Source: Gammaproteobacteria bacterium
GTDB lineage: Bacteria > Pseudomonadota > Gammaproteobacteria > JACKNK01
Length of the DNA stretch: 64,000 bases
Direction of reading: 5' to 3'
NCBI GenBank assembly: GCA_024234955.1
Contig: JACKNK010000006.1
Location: 204,782-268,781, forward strand
Numbering within the stretch: position 1 is the stretch's first letter; every line of letters begins with the position of its first letter. Made by a program: the position numbers and the translations under genes. The notes beneath the pieces were generated by a model. It searched no databases. It saw only the letters and a list, made by a program, of their open reading frames with translations, and was not told the origin of the DNA. This document shows positions 37,649 to 47,147 of this stretch, one piece after another.

Positions 37649-40360
37649 ATGTCCGACATCAAGCCCTTCATCCTGATCGACGGCGCGAGCTATCTGTTCC
37701 GCGCCTTCCACGCCCTGCCGCCGCTGACCAATGTGCACGGCGAACCGACCGGTGCGATCTTCGGCGTTGCCAACATGTTGCGGCGCATGCTCGACGAAGA
37801 CCGCCCTGAACACATTGCCTTCGTATTCGACGCCAAGGGACCGACCTTCCGCAACGAGATGTACCCGGACTACAAGGCCAATCGCCCGCCGATGCCGCAG
37901 GAACTGGCCGTACAGATCGAACCCTTGCTGACCCTGGTGCGCGCAATGGGCCTGCCGGTGGTGATGGAGTCGGGCGTCGAAGCGGACGACGTGATCGGCA
38001 CGCTGGCACGCCAAGCCAGCGCCGAAGGTCGCCACACCCTGATCTCGACCGGCGACAAGGACATTGCCCAGTTGGTCGATGAGCACGTCACCCTGATCAA
38101 TACCATGACCAATACGCGCATGGATCGGGACGGCGTGCGCGCCAAGTTCGGGGTGCCGCCGGAGCGCATCGTCGATTACCTCGCGCTGATCGGGGACAGT
38201 GTCGATAACGTGCCGGGCGTTCCCAAGGTCGGCCCGAAGACGGCGGTCAAATGGCTGGATCAATACGACAGCCTGGACGCGATCATGGCCGCTGCGGACG
38301 CGTTTACCGGCAAGATTGGTGAAAACCTGCGCGCCAGCCTCGAATGGCTGCCGATGGCACGCGAACTGGTGACCATCAAATGCGACGTTCCGCTGGATCG
38401 CACACCGGAACAGCTCAATCTTGCGCCCGCCGACACCGATACCCTGAAGACGCTGCTGGCCCGGTTCGAGTTCACCACCTGGCTCGCTCAAATCGAGGCA
38501 GGCAGTGATTCAAGCACCGCCCCGATCGTGGCCGCACCCGTTCCCGATGCCGCGCCCGAATACGACATCGTGCTCAGCGCCGACCAACTCCATCACTGGA
38601 TGGCGCGCCTGGAAGAGGCGGAACTGTTCGCCTTCGACACCGAAACCACCAGCCTGGATTACATGCAGGCGCGCATCGTCGGCTGCTCGTTCGCGGTCGA
38701 AGCGGGCAAGGCCGCGTATGTGCCGCTTGCGCACGATTACCCGGGCGCTCCCGAGCAACTCGATCTGCAAGTCGTGCTCGCCCGTCTCAAGCCGCTGCTT
38801 GAAGACCCCAAGAAGCTCAAAGTCGGACAAAACCTGAAATACGACATGGCGGTACTCGCCAATCACGGTATCGCGCTGGCCGGGATCGCGTTCGACACCA
38901 TGCTGGAGTCGTATGTCGCCGATTCCACCGGCAGTCGTCACGACATGGATTCCCTCGCCGAGAAGTATCTGGGCAAACAGACCATCCATTTTGAGGACAT
39001 CGCCGGCAAAGGTGCCAAGCAGCTGCGTTTCAACGACATAGCGATCGACGATGCCGGGCCATATGCCGCCGAAGACGCCGACATTACCCTGCGCCTGCAT
39101 CAGGCCTTGTGGCCGCGTGTGGCGGCGCAGGAAGGCACCAAATCGGTGTTCGAAAACATCGAGTTGCCGCTGATTCCGGTTTTGTCGCGGATGGAACGCG
39201 GCGGCGTGCTGATCGATGTCGCGCAGCTCAAACGTCAGTCCACCGAGATGGCGAAACGCATCCTGCAACTGGAAAAGCAGGCGCACGAAGCCGCCGGTCA
39301 ACCGTTCAATCTGGGCTCACCGAAGCAGTTGCAGGAAATTCTCTACGGCAAGCTGGGCATCGAGGTCATCAAGAAGACGCCGAAAGGACAACCTTCGACC
39401 GCCGAAGAGGTGCTCGAACAACTCGCCGAGACCCATGCCCTTCCGCGCCTTATCCTCGATTGGCGCGGCCTCTCCAAGCTCAAGTCCACCTATACCGATC
39501 GTCTGCCCGAGCAGCTCAATCCGGACACCGGGCGCGTTCATACCTCCTACCATCAAGCCGTGGCTGCCACCGGGCGGTTGTCCTCGTCGGACCCGAACCT
39601 GCAGAACATTCCGGTGCGCAGCGAGGAAGGGCGACGTATCCGCCAGGCCTTCATCGCCCCGCCAGGCCAGATCGTGATGGCGGCCGACTATTCCCAGATC
39701 GAACTGCGCATCATGGCGCATCTGTCCGGCGATGCCGGGCTGCTGGATGCCTTCGCGCACGGCGCCGACATCCATCGAGCCACGGCGGCAGAGGTGTTCG
39801 GACGTAACCCGGACGATGTTTCCAGCAACGAGCGCCGTGCCGCCAAGGCGATCAATTTCGGCTTGATCTATGGGATGTCTGCGTTCGGCCTGTCACGGCA
39901 GCTCGGTATCGAGCCCAAGGAGGCGCAGAAATACGTGGACCTGTATTTCGAGCGCTACCCCGGGGTAAAGGATTTCATGGAACGCACCCGCAAGCAGGCC
40001 CGTGAACAAGGCTTTGTGGAGACCGTGTTCGGTCGGCGCCTGTACCTGCCTGAGATCAATTCCAGCAATGTGCCCCGTCGTCAGGGTGCGGAGCGCGCCG
40101 CGATCAATGCGCCGATGCAGGGCACTGCCGCCGACATCATCAAGCGAGCGATGATCGCGGTGGATGCCTGGATCGAGAAGAAATCACCGCCCTTACGCAT
40201 GGTCATGCAGGTCCACGACGAACTGGTGTTCGAAGTGGACGCCGGTTTTGCCGACCAGGCCGAGAAGCAGATCGTCAAACTCATGGCCGGGGCCGCCGAA
40301 CTGGCGGTTCCACTGGTCGTTGACGTCGGGCGCGGAATCAACTGGGATGAAGCCCATTAA
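37649..40360 (+). CDS. polA: DNA polymerase I
   Basis: 903 aa with 5'-3' exonuclease, 3'-5' exonuclease and polymerase (…RRAAKAINFGLIYGMSAFGL…QVHDELVFE…) domains. Confidence 0.95.
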   Translation: MSDIKPFILIDGASYLFRAFHALPPLTNVHGEPTGAIFGVANMLRRMLDEDRPEHIAFVFDAKGPTFRNEMYPDYKANRPPMPQELAVQIEPLLTLVRAMGLPVVMESGVEADDVIGTLARQASAEGRHTLISTGDKDIAQLVDEHVTLINTMTNTRMDRDGVRAKFGVPPERIVDYLALIGDSVDNVPGVPKVGPKTAVKWLDQYDSLDAIMAAADAFTGKIGENLRASLEWLPMARELVTIKCDVPLDRTPEQLNLAPADTDTLKTLLARFEFTTWLAQIEAGSDSSTAPIVAAPVPDAAPEYDIVLSADQLHHWMARLEEAELFAFDTETTSLDYMQARIVGCSFAVEAGKAAYVPLAHDYPGAPEQLDLQVVLARLKPLLEDPKKLKVGQNLKYDMAVLANHGIALAGIAFDTMLESYVADSTGSRHDMDSLAEKYLGKQTIHFEDIAGKGAKQLRFNDIAIDDAGPYAAEDADITLRLHQALWPRVAAQEGTKSVFENIELPLIPVLSRMERGGVLIDVAQLKRQSTEMAKRILQLEKQAHEAAGQPFNLGSPKQLQEILYGKLGIEVIKKTPKGQPSTAEEVLEQLAETHALPRLILDWRGLSKLKSTYTDRLPEQLNPDTGRVHTSYHQAVAATGRLSSSDPNLQNIPVRSEEGRRIRQAFIAPPGQIVMAADYSQIELRIMAHLSGDAGLLDAFAHGADIHRATAAEVFGRNPDDVSSNERRAAKAINFGLIYGMSAFGLSRQLGIEPKEAQKYVDLYFERYPGVKDFMERTRKQAREQGFVETVFGRRLYLPEINSSNVPRRQGAERAAINAPMQGTAADIIKRAMIAVDAWIEKKSPPLRMVMQVHDELVFEVDAGFADQAEKQIVKLMAGAAELAVPLVVDVGRGINWDEAH

Positions 40361-40381
40361 CCCACGTCGAGGGAAATCGTA

Positions 40382-40531
40382 ATGGCCGAATGGCTGGTGG
40401 AAAATTTCATCTGGGTCGGACTTGGCATCGTTGTGCTGCTGGTCGGCATCAAGGTCGTGATCGGCGGGATGCTTAAAAAGCTCATGGATGATTCTGCGGC
40501 GGCCAACGCCGACGCAAGCAACCAGGACTGA
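40382..40531 (+). CDS. Small single-TM hypothetical membrane protein
   Basis: 49 aa, MAEWLVENFIWVGLGIVVLLVGIKVVIGGMLKKLMDD… Not in the ORF track because it is under 60 aa. Found by reading the polA-cytochrome gap. Confidence 0.35.
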   Translation: MAEWLVENFIWVGLGIVVLLVGIKVVIGGMLKKLMDDSAAANADASNQD

Positions 40532-40544
40532 TTCCGAGGTATCC

Positions 40545-41489
40545 ATGCGTCGCGATTTGTTCGAACGCGAACCCCGCCGAAGCGCCTGGGGGGGCTTGCT
40601 CCTGATTCTGGTGGGCATCGGCCTCGCGCTTGGCGTCGATTACGGCGTGAAGCAATCCAACGCCGATACCTTCTGCACCTCCTGTCATTCCATGCAATGG
40701 GTGGCGGCGGAAGCCGGACACGGCGGACATGCGCACAATCCCAGCGGCGTCACCGCCAGGTGCGCCGATTGCCATGTCCCCCGCGATCCCGGTCCCTTGC
40801 TCTGGAACAAGCTGATGGCCGCCAGGAGTTTGCTCGCGGAATATCGGGGCGAGCTGGAGACGGAGGCGCAGTTCGAAGCCCATCGTTTCGATCTCGCCGA
40901 AACCGTGTGGCAACGCATGCTCGCCAACGATTCACGCGAGTGCCGCGCCTGTCATGACGCGCAGGCAATGGATACCGTCCGCCAGAATTCGCACGCCGCC
41001 AGCAAACACGAACAGGCGGAACGCGATCATCAGACCTGCGTCGAATGTCACAAGGGGATCGCCCATACGATGCCTGCGGAACCGGTAATCGCCAACACAG
41101 CCAATCCCGCAACGTCGCCAACCGAGCCTCATGGCCCGATCGTGCTGGACGATCTGACGCTGCAACCGATCCAGCCCGACTCGCCCCTTCCGCCGCCGCC
41201 TGTTCCCCCCGCAGCGACCAACCTGGATCGAACTTTTGTGATGGCCTCACAGTGTTTCGGATGTCATGGGGTGGATGGCATTTCTGCCGGGCCAGCGACC
41301 CCAAGCATCGCCGGCCTCCCTCACGACTCTCTGCGGGATTCGATGCGGGATATGCGTAGCGGCAAGCAGCCCAGCACGATCATGGGGCGCTTGTTGACGG
41401 GACTGTCCGACGCCGACATCGATGCGCTGGCCAACTATTTCAGTCGCCTGCCTGATCTCCGGCCAGCACAGATTGCCGATCCGGAATAG
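40545..41489 (+). CDS. NapC/NirT/TorC-family pentahaem cytochrome c (tetrahaem quinol dehydrogenase module plus C-terminal monohaem c domain)
   Basis: N-terminal TM helix. CTSCH, CADCH, CRACH and CVECH, plus C-terminal CFGCH followed by …IDALANYFSRL. Confidence 0.75.
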   Translation: MRRDLFEREPRRSAWGGLLLILVGIGLALGVDYGVKQSNADTFCTSCHSMQWVAAEAGHGGHAHNPSGVTARCADCHVPRDPGPLLWNKLMAARSLLAEYRGELETEAQFEAHRFDLAETVWQRMLANDSRECRACHDAQAMDTVRQNSHAASKHEQAERDHQTCVECHKGIAHTMPAEPVIANTANPATSPTEPHGPIVLDDLTLQPIQPDSPLPPPPVPPAATNLDRTFVMASQCFGCHGVDGISAGPATPSIAGLPHDSLRDSMRDMRSGKQPSTIMGRLLTGLSDADIDALANYFSRLPDLRPAQIADPE

Positions 41490-41786
41490 ACGAGGACGAT
41501 TCGTCCTCCAGGCCCTGTGTATTGGCAAAACATCACCGCAATGACAGACGCTGCGGCGGACAGGACGCCGATGCCTACTCTTTGAAAAGCCACCTCGAGA
41601 TAAGCATACCGGGGCAGATTCCAGTAATCACCGCGAAACTGAAGAACACCGCCGGCACATAAAATAGCCAGTGAACGTCGCGGAATCCTGGTTAGCGATT
41701 TCTAACAATACAGATTCCCGTTGCATATCTCGGTTTGGATGACCGAATGAACACGTATTGCGGTCTTGCGACCACGCCAGCAATGG

Positions 41787-42581
41787 TCAGATCGACATCA
41801 GACGTATTGCGACCAAGGCAAGAAAGCCCGCGAACACGCGCCGCAAGACCTTTTCCGGGAGAAGGTACGCCAGGCGGGTGCCAATCGGGGCGGTGAACAG
41901 GCTGGCGCCGGCGATCGCCATCATTGCCGGCCATGACAGGTAACCAATCTGAGCGCCGCCGGTCGCCTCGCCAATACCGTTCATCAGAAACCCGATCGCG
42001 CCGGCGAGCGCTATTGGGATGCCCATCGCCGCTGCAGTACCAATCGCCTCCCGGATCGAGACCCGACACCATCGCAACATGGGCACGGACAAGGTCCCGC
42101 CTCCGATCCCGAGGACACTCGACACGGTACCGATCAGCGTACCTGCGCCGAAGAGCGTCCATCTTCCGGGCAGACTCCGATGTGCGTCGGGTTCCTTCCC
42201 GAAAGCCAATTCCAGTGCAATAAGCAATTCAAAGCCGCCGAACAGGCGGCGCAGCAGATCGCCACTCATTGCGTCGGCCAGGGCCGCACCGAGCAAAGCG
42301 CCAATCAGAAGGCCAGGGGTCGCGGCACGCCATACAGGCCAGAGCACCCCATTGCGGCGGTGATGCGCGCGCGTTGAGGCAATCGCCGTGAACACGATCA
42401 CCGCCAACGAGGTACCGACCGCAACGTGAACGATGTACGTGGCGGGCGGTGCGTAGTCAGAGCCCAGCAAGGGCAGGCTGAAAATCAGCGCCGGAACGAT
42501 GATCAGACCCCCTCCAACCCCGAGCAGTCCGGCCGCGACGCCCGACATAAGTCCGGTAGCGATGAACGCCGCAAGCGCCAT
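41787..42581 (-). CDS. TauE/SafE family sulfite/anion exporter
   Basis: 264 aa, 8 TM helices. Internal repeat with GxGGG motifs (LLGVGGGLIIVP / VLGIGGGTLSVP). Confidence 0.75.
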   Translation of the reverse strand: MALAAFIATGLMSGVAAGLLGVGGGLIIVPALIFSLPLLGSDYAPPATYIVHVAVGTSLAVIVFTAIASTRAHHRRNGVLWPVWRAATPGLLIGALLGAALADAMSGDLLRRLFGGFELLIALELAFGKEPDAHRSLPGRWTLFGAGTLIGTVSSVLGIGGGTLSVPMLRWCRVSIREAIGTAAAMGIPIALAGAIGFLMNGIGEATGGAQIGYLSWPAMMAIAGASLFTAPIGTRLAYLLPEKVLRRVFAGFLALVAIRLMSI

Positions 42582-42595
42582 CCAAAGGTTGGCGC

Positions 42596-43156
42596 TCAGA
42601 AACGGCGCTCCTGGTATTGGGTGAGTTCACGCAGCAGGCGATCGACCACCACGGGGACCGGCTTGCCGTCGGTTTCCAGAATTACATCCGCCACCTCGGT
42701 ATAAAGCGGATCGCGAATCTTGAAGAGCGATTCAAGCCGCGCACGCGGATCGTCGGTTTGCAGCAAGGGGCGGTTCTTATCGTGCGCGGTGCGCTTGAGT
42801 TGCTGATCGATGGAAGTGCGCAGATAGATCGTGACACCCCGCTCCTGCAAGCACCGACGATTCTCCTCCGCAAGGACCGCACCGCCACCTGTGGCCAGAA
42901 CGATCCCGGTCATTGCGGTGAGATCGTCGATCACAGCCGCTTCGCGGCGCCGGAAACCTTCCTCACCCTCGAGTTCAAAAATCAGCGGGATGTCGGCCCC
43001 GGTGCGCTCGACAATCTCTCGGTCACTATCAATGAAAGGTCGTTTCATCACCGCAGCGAGCCTGCGACCAATCGTGGACTTTCCGGCCCCCATCGGGCCG
43101 ACGAGAAACAGATTGTCCGTCAACCCCGATGGCGGTGGCGTACGACGCCGGCTCAT
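42596..43156 (-). CDS. aroK: Shikimate kinase
   Basis: NLFLVGPMGAGKSTIGRRLA is the Walker A motif. Downstream of pilQ as in many gammaproteobacteria. Confidence 0.85.
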   Translation of the reverse strand: MSRRRTPPPSGLTDNLFLVGPMGAGKSTIGRRLAAVMKRPFIDSDREIVERTGADIPLIFELEGEEGFRRREAAVIDDLTAMTGIVLATGGGAVLAEENRRCLQERGVTIYLRTSIDQQLKRTAHDKNRPLLQTDDPRARLESLFKIRDPLYTEVADVILETDGKPVPVVVDRLLRELTQYQERRF

Positions 43157-45363
43157 TTGCGAGCCAGATCGATCTTGTCGATGATCTCCGGGGTGATGAA
43201 CACCAACAGTTCATTCTTGCTATCGCTTTGTGCGGTGCGCTTGAACAGATTTCCGACCACCGGCAGGTCTCCGAAGAACGGCACCTTGTTCACCGCGTGG
43301 CTCAGGCTGCGCTCGTAAACGCCGCCCAGGACCAGGGTTTCGTCGTTATCGACCAGCACCGTAGAGGTGATCTCGCGCGTGGCGATCGCGATCTGCCCGG
43401 GGATTGTCGTGTCATCCGGGTCCTGTTTCTTCAGCGCAATCTCCATGATCACCCGATTGTCCGGGGTGATCTGCGGGGTCACATTCAGCTCCAGCACCGC
43501 CTCCTTGAATTCAATGCTCACCGTGGCATTGGCACCCGTGCCCTCAACGGACTGGTATGGAATCTCGATACCCTGGGAAATCTTGGCGGGCGCACGATCC
43601 GCCGTGACGACACGCGGACTGGCCACAGTTTCTGACCGGCCATCAATCTGCGCGGCGGTCAATTCGAGGCGCAGCAGGTACTTGCCGACCGACCCGATCG
43701 CCAAACCGATGCCGCTGGTGGCGGCCGCAACCGGGAGATCGACCAGGAACTGCTCCTGTCCAGCCGTACCCGAATTGAAGCCGGCGGCGGTTTCCACCGG
43801 GTTCCAGGTGCGTCCCGCACCGACGGAACCGCCTGCGGCGGTGAAGAAATTCGTGGTGGGGTCATAGTGGTCATACCCCAGGCCGAACTGGACGCCGAGG
43901 TCCTTGGAGAACGTATCGCTCGCGATGACGATGCGGGACTCGATCATGACCTGGCGGATGGGTATATCGAGTTGGTCCAGGACGGCCTTGATCTGATTCA
44001 AACGATCCTCGGTGTCCTGAATCAGGATGCTGTTGGTGCGTTCATCGGCCTTGGCGGTGCCGCGCGCCGACAGCAGACCCCCGGTATTCGCGGCGGTATC
44101 CGCCGTGGCGGTCGCCGCCGCCTCACCCGCCGCTGCCGCGTCGCCGCCAGCTGCATCACCGCCACCGGCATTGCCACTTAATAGTTTTTCGATGTCACCC
44201 GCCGAGGCATATCTCAGGCGAATGATCTCGGTGACCAGCGGTGCCAGTTCCTGAATCTGCTGCTTTGATTCGAGCTCCAGCTTTTCACGCGCCGCAATTT
44301 CCTCGCTCGGCGCCACCAGAATGACGTTGTCCTTGCGACGCATGGCCAGGCCCTGCGTCTTGAGGATGATGTCCAGGGCATGGTCCCAGGGCACCTGCTT
44401 CAGGCGAAGGGTCAGATTCCCCGTCACCGTGTCGCTCACCACGATATTCAGGCCGGTGAAATCGGCAATGATCTGCAGAATCGCACGGGTCTCGATATTC
44501 TGGAAATTCAGCGATAAGCGTTCCCCGGTGTATTCCTTCTCGCCCTCGGCACTGGGGATTTCCGCCTTGTCCGGTGGAGGCGGCTCCGCGATTTCGACGG
44601 TGAACAGCTCATTGGTCTGATAAGCGCTTTGTACATAGTCACCGGCGCTGGTGATGACGATACGGGTGTCGTTACCGCGTAGCATGGCATCCACGGTGCG
44701 CACCGGCGTCGCAAAGTCGATGACGTCAAGCAGACGCTCCAAGCGCTCCGGCACCTTGGTTTCGCGGACTTCAACGACTACCTGCTCACCGGTTCGGTTC
44801 ACATCCACAATGGTCTGCGGGTCGGTCAAGCGAATCTCGACCAGGCCCTGGCCCTTGTCACCGCGCCGGAAATCGATGTTTTCGATGCTACGCGCGGATG
44901 GTGCCGATCCGGTTGCGGCTTTTCCAAACGGGGCGAGCGTCAGCGCAATGACATTGCCACCGCGCCGCAGGGTCTCGTAACTGACCGGACCGGTGAGTGA
45001 AATGACGGCGCGCGTCCGATCTCCGCCCTCCACCAGCTGTACGCCACCGATCAATCCGATGGCGTAGGGCAGATAGCTCTGGCCGACATTGTTGAGCGTG
45101 CCGGGAAAATCGAGCACCAGGCGGTTCGGGCGCTCCAACATGAAACTCCGCGCCACAGGCGGTTCTGCGGTGAACTCGAACAACAACTCCGTGGCGGTGG
45201 CGGCTTCGTTCAGCTTTACCGACGTCAAGCCATTCAAGGCCGCGTACGCGGAAGTCGTCGGCAGGAGCATGGCCACGACGAACCAACACGGCAATGTCCC
45301 GATCTGGCCGGGACGTCGCCTCAGATAGGCACGGACTCTCTCAATCGCGGTCATGACTCGCAT
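43153..45363 (-). CDS. pilQ: Type IV pilus secretin PilQ
   Basis: AMIN and secretin domains (…VLVDNDETLVLGGV…). Signal peptide from MRVMTAI…. The upstream extension of the raw ORF is rejected. Confidence 0.9.
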   Translation of the reverse strand: MRVMTAIERVRAYLRRRPGQIGTLPCWFVVAMLLPTTSAYAALNGLTSVKLNEAATATELLFEFTAEPPVARSFMLERPNRLVLDFPGTLNNVGQSYLPYAIGLIGGVQLVEGGDRTRAVISLTGPVSYETLRRGGNVIALTLAPFGKAATGSAPSARSIENIDFRRGDKGQGLVEIRLTDPQTIVDVNRTGEQVVVEVRETKVPERLERLLDVIDFATPVRTVDAMLRGNDTRIVITSAGDYVQSAYQTNELFTVEIAEPPPPDKAEIPSAEGEKEYTGERLSLNFQNIETRAILQIIADFTGLNIVVSDTVTGNLTLRLKQVPWDHALDIILKTQGLAMRRKDNVILVAPSEEIAAREKLELESKQQIQELAPLVTEIIRLRYASAGDIEKLLSGNAGGGDAAGGDAAAAGEAAATATADTAANTGGLLSARGTAKADERTNSILIQDTEDRLNQIKAVLDQLDIPIRQVMIESRIVIASDTFSKDLGVQFGLGYDHYDPTTNFFTAAGGSVGAGRTWNPVETAAGFNSGTAGQEQFLVDLPVAAATSGIGLAIGSVGKYLLRLELTAAQIDGRSETVASPRVVTADRAPAKISQGIEIPYQSVEGTGANATVSIEFKEAVLELNVTPQITPDNRVIMEIALKKQDPDDTTIPGQIAIATREITSTVLVDNDETLVLGGVYERSLSHAVNKVPFFGDLPVVGNLFKRTAQSDSKNELLVFITPEIIDKIDLARK

Positions 45364-45367
45364 GTCT

Positions 45368-45949
45368 TCAACCTCCCTCGGGCACGGCAAAGCCGAACAC
45401 CGTGGATCTTCGCTGCCAACGCCCCGTGTCATCCTTGACGATCTCACGTAACACCAGGCTTTGCTGGTCCATGGATTCGACCAAGCCAAAATTCCGCCCC
45501 ATATAGTTGCCTTGCTGGACTCGGATCACTTCCCCCTGAGGGGTCTTGACCAGTGCGATCATGCCTTCACCGCGTATCAGCGTGCCTACCAGACTGAGCT
45601 CGCTCAACGCGAATTCCTCCAAGGGTTCGCGCTGACGTTGCAAATCCGGGCTGATCTCGGAGGCCAATGGCTTGACGTCAGGAACACTCAACACCACCGG
45701 TTCAAATGGTGTCCGCTCTTCATGCGGACGGTACGGCACGGGCTCGTAAACGACGGGTGCCGGCAACGGATCGATATTGGGTGCCTTCCGAGCTTTCACG
45801 CTGTGCAGCCATTGGTTGAGGTCATCGCCTCCCGACTCACAGCCCGCAAATAATGCCAAACCGCACAACAACAGCATCGCCCGGACAACACTTCGTAAAC
45901 CAGTCTTTCTCGGACCGAACGCAAAGGAAGGGTAGGTGGCCGAAATCAT
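45368..45949 (-). CDS. pilP: Type IV pilus assembly lipoprotein PilP
   Basis: Lipobox …LFAGC. Conserved C-terminal beta-domain. Confidence 0.75.
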   Translation of the reverse strand: MISATYPSFAFGPRKTGLRSVVRAMLLLCGLALFAGCESGGDDLNQWLHSVKARKAPNIDPLPAPVVYEPVPYRPHEERTPFEPVVLSVPDVKPLASEISPDLQRQREPLEEFALSELSLVGTLIRGEGMIALVKTPQGEVIRVQQGNYMGRNFGLVESMDQQSLVLREIVKDDTGRWQRRSTVFGFAVPEGG

Positions 45950-46527
45950 TTTGCCAGATACCAATATGTCTTCGCGGTGGCGCTCAATTTCAACGGCGCC
46001 TGGCCAGCATCGACATGGGTAATGGAAATATCGTGCAGGGTGAGTATGCGCGGCAATGCAGACAGTCGGCTCACAAACCGACCGAACTCATGGTAGTTCC
46101 CCCAGACACTTATTTCGATTGGCAGCTCGGCATAAAACTCCAGATGGGCTTCGGCCTTCGGTGTAATGGAATCGAAGATCAGGCCTTCCTCAAGCCCCGC
46201 ATCGGAAATATCGGCCAGCAACTCGGCGACATCGACGCTGCTCGGCAACTGACGCAACGATTCGGCGAATGCGACCTCGCCCTCTTCCAACTGTTCCTTG
46301 AGTTTCGGGACGCTCGCAGTCTTGGTGATCGCAAACTGAACCTCTTTCTTAAGTTTCGGCTCCAGACGCTCTTCGTTTTCCTGAAGAACCATCTGGTCGT
46401 CCAGATCAAACCAGTAACCGGCAAACAAGGTCAGGCCAAACACGATGATCACGGCGGCAATGCGCGCACCTGTCGGCCAGCCGCCTACGTCGGAAAAATC
46501 GAGTTCGTTGAGATCGGACAGATTCAT
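45946..46527 (-). CDS. pilO: Type IV pilus assembly protein PilO
   Basis: 193 aa, single TM helix plus periplasmic domain. Operon position. Confidence 0.75.
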   Translation of the reverse strand: MNLSDLNELDFSDVGGWPTGARIAAVIIVFGLTLFAGYWFDLDDQMVLQENEERLEPKLKKEVQFAITKTASVPKLKEQLEEGEVAFAESLRQLPSSVDVAELLADISDAGLEEGLIFDSITPKAEAHLEFYAELPIEISVWGNYHEFGRFVSRLSALPRILTLHDISITHVDAGQAPLKLSATAKTYWYLAK

Positions 46528-46544
46528 TGACTCATCTCATCACG

Positions 46545-47147
46545 TCAGTGCGTTTTCCGACTGGGCTTCTTCTTGGCTTTCGACTTCTTCGCCGGTTCCG
46601 GTTCGGGCATTTCCATGCCTTTGACGACAACCTCAAGATCGAAATCCACCGTGTGATCCTTATCGTCGGAGACGATGGATAGCAATCGCGGCTCCCCAAC
46701 CACCTCGCTCTTACTCAGGCTTCGCATCAATTCGGAGACATCCGCATTCGATCCGGCCCGGCCTTGCACACGCAGCAACTCGTTTTTCATCTCCAGCGAA
46801 TTGAGAAAGGTGCCGGAGGGCAAGACGGCCCCGATCTCATTGAACAAAAGCACGCTGACCGAGCGACTGCGCTGCAGACGTTCGATGATCGCCATGCGCG
46901 ACAACAAATCGTCACGTTTCTGCTCCAACTCTGCCATGGCCTTGGTAATGCCGTTGAGCCGGGCTTTCTCCTTTTTCAGGATCGCGTTGCGCTCGCGTTG
47001 CGCCTCAATGGCGCCATCGATCATCCAATGCCCATAGACGGATACCAGGGCACCCAACAGAACGGCGCCCGCCGCCATGATCTTGAACTGCTTCTCACGT
47101 TCAACGCGCCGCGTTTCACGCCAGGGCAGCAGGTTGATGCGTGGCAT
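46545..47147 (-). CDS. pilN: Type IV pilus assembly protein PilN
   Basis: MPRINLLPWRE N-terminus, TM helix, coiled coil. Confidence 0.8.
   Translation of the reverse strand: MPRINLLPWRETRRVEREKQFKIMAAGAVLLGALVSVYGHWMIDGAIEAQRERNAILKKEKARLNGITKAMAELEQKRDDLLSRMAIIERLQRSRSVSVLLFNEIGAVLPSGTFLNSLEMKNELLRVQGRAGSNADVSELMRSLSKSEVVGEPRLLSIVSDDKDHTVDFDLEVVVKGMEMPEPEPAKKSKAKKKPSRKTH

Noticed and set aside
41490-41515. Hairpin GAGGACG-ATT-CGTCCTC immediately after the pentahaem cytochrome stop, as a terminator
   Set aside because: It is a perfect 7-bp stem but has no downstream T-run. It may be a weak or Rho-dependent site. It is not reported as a feature.
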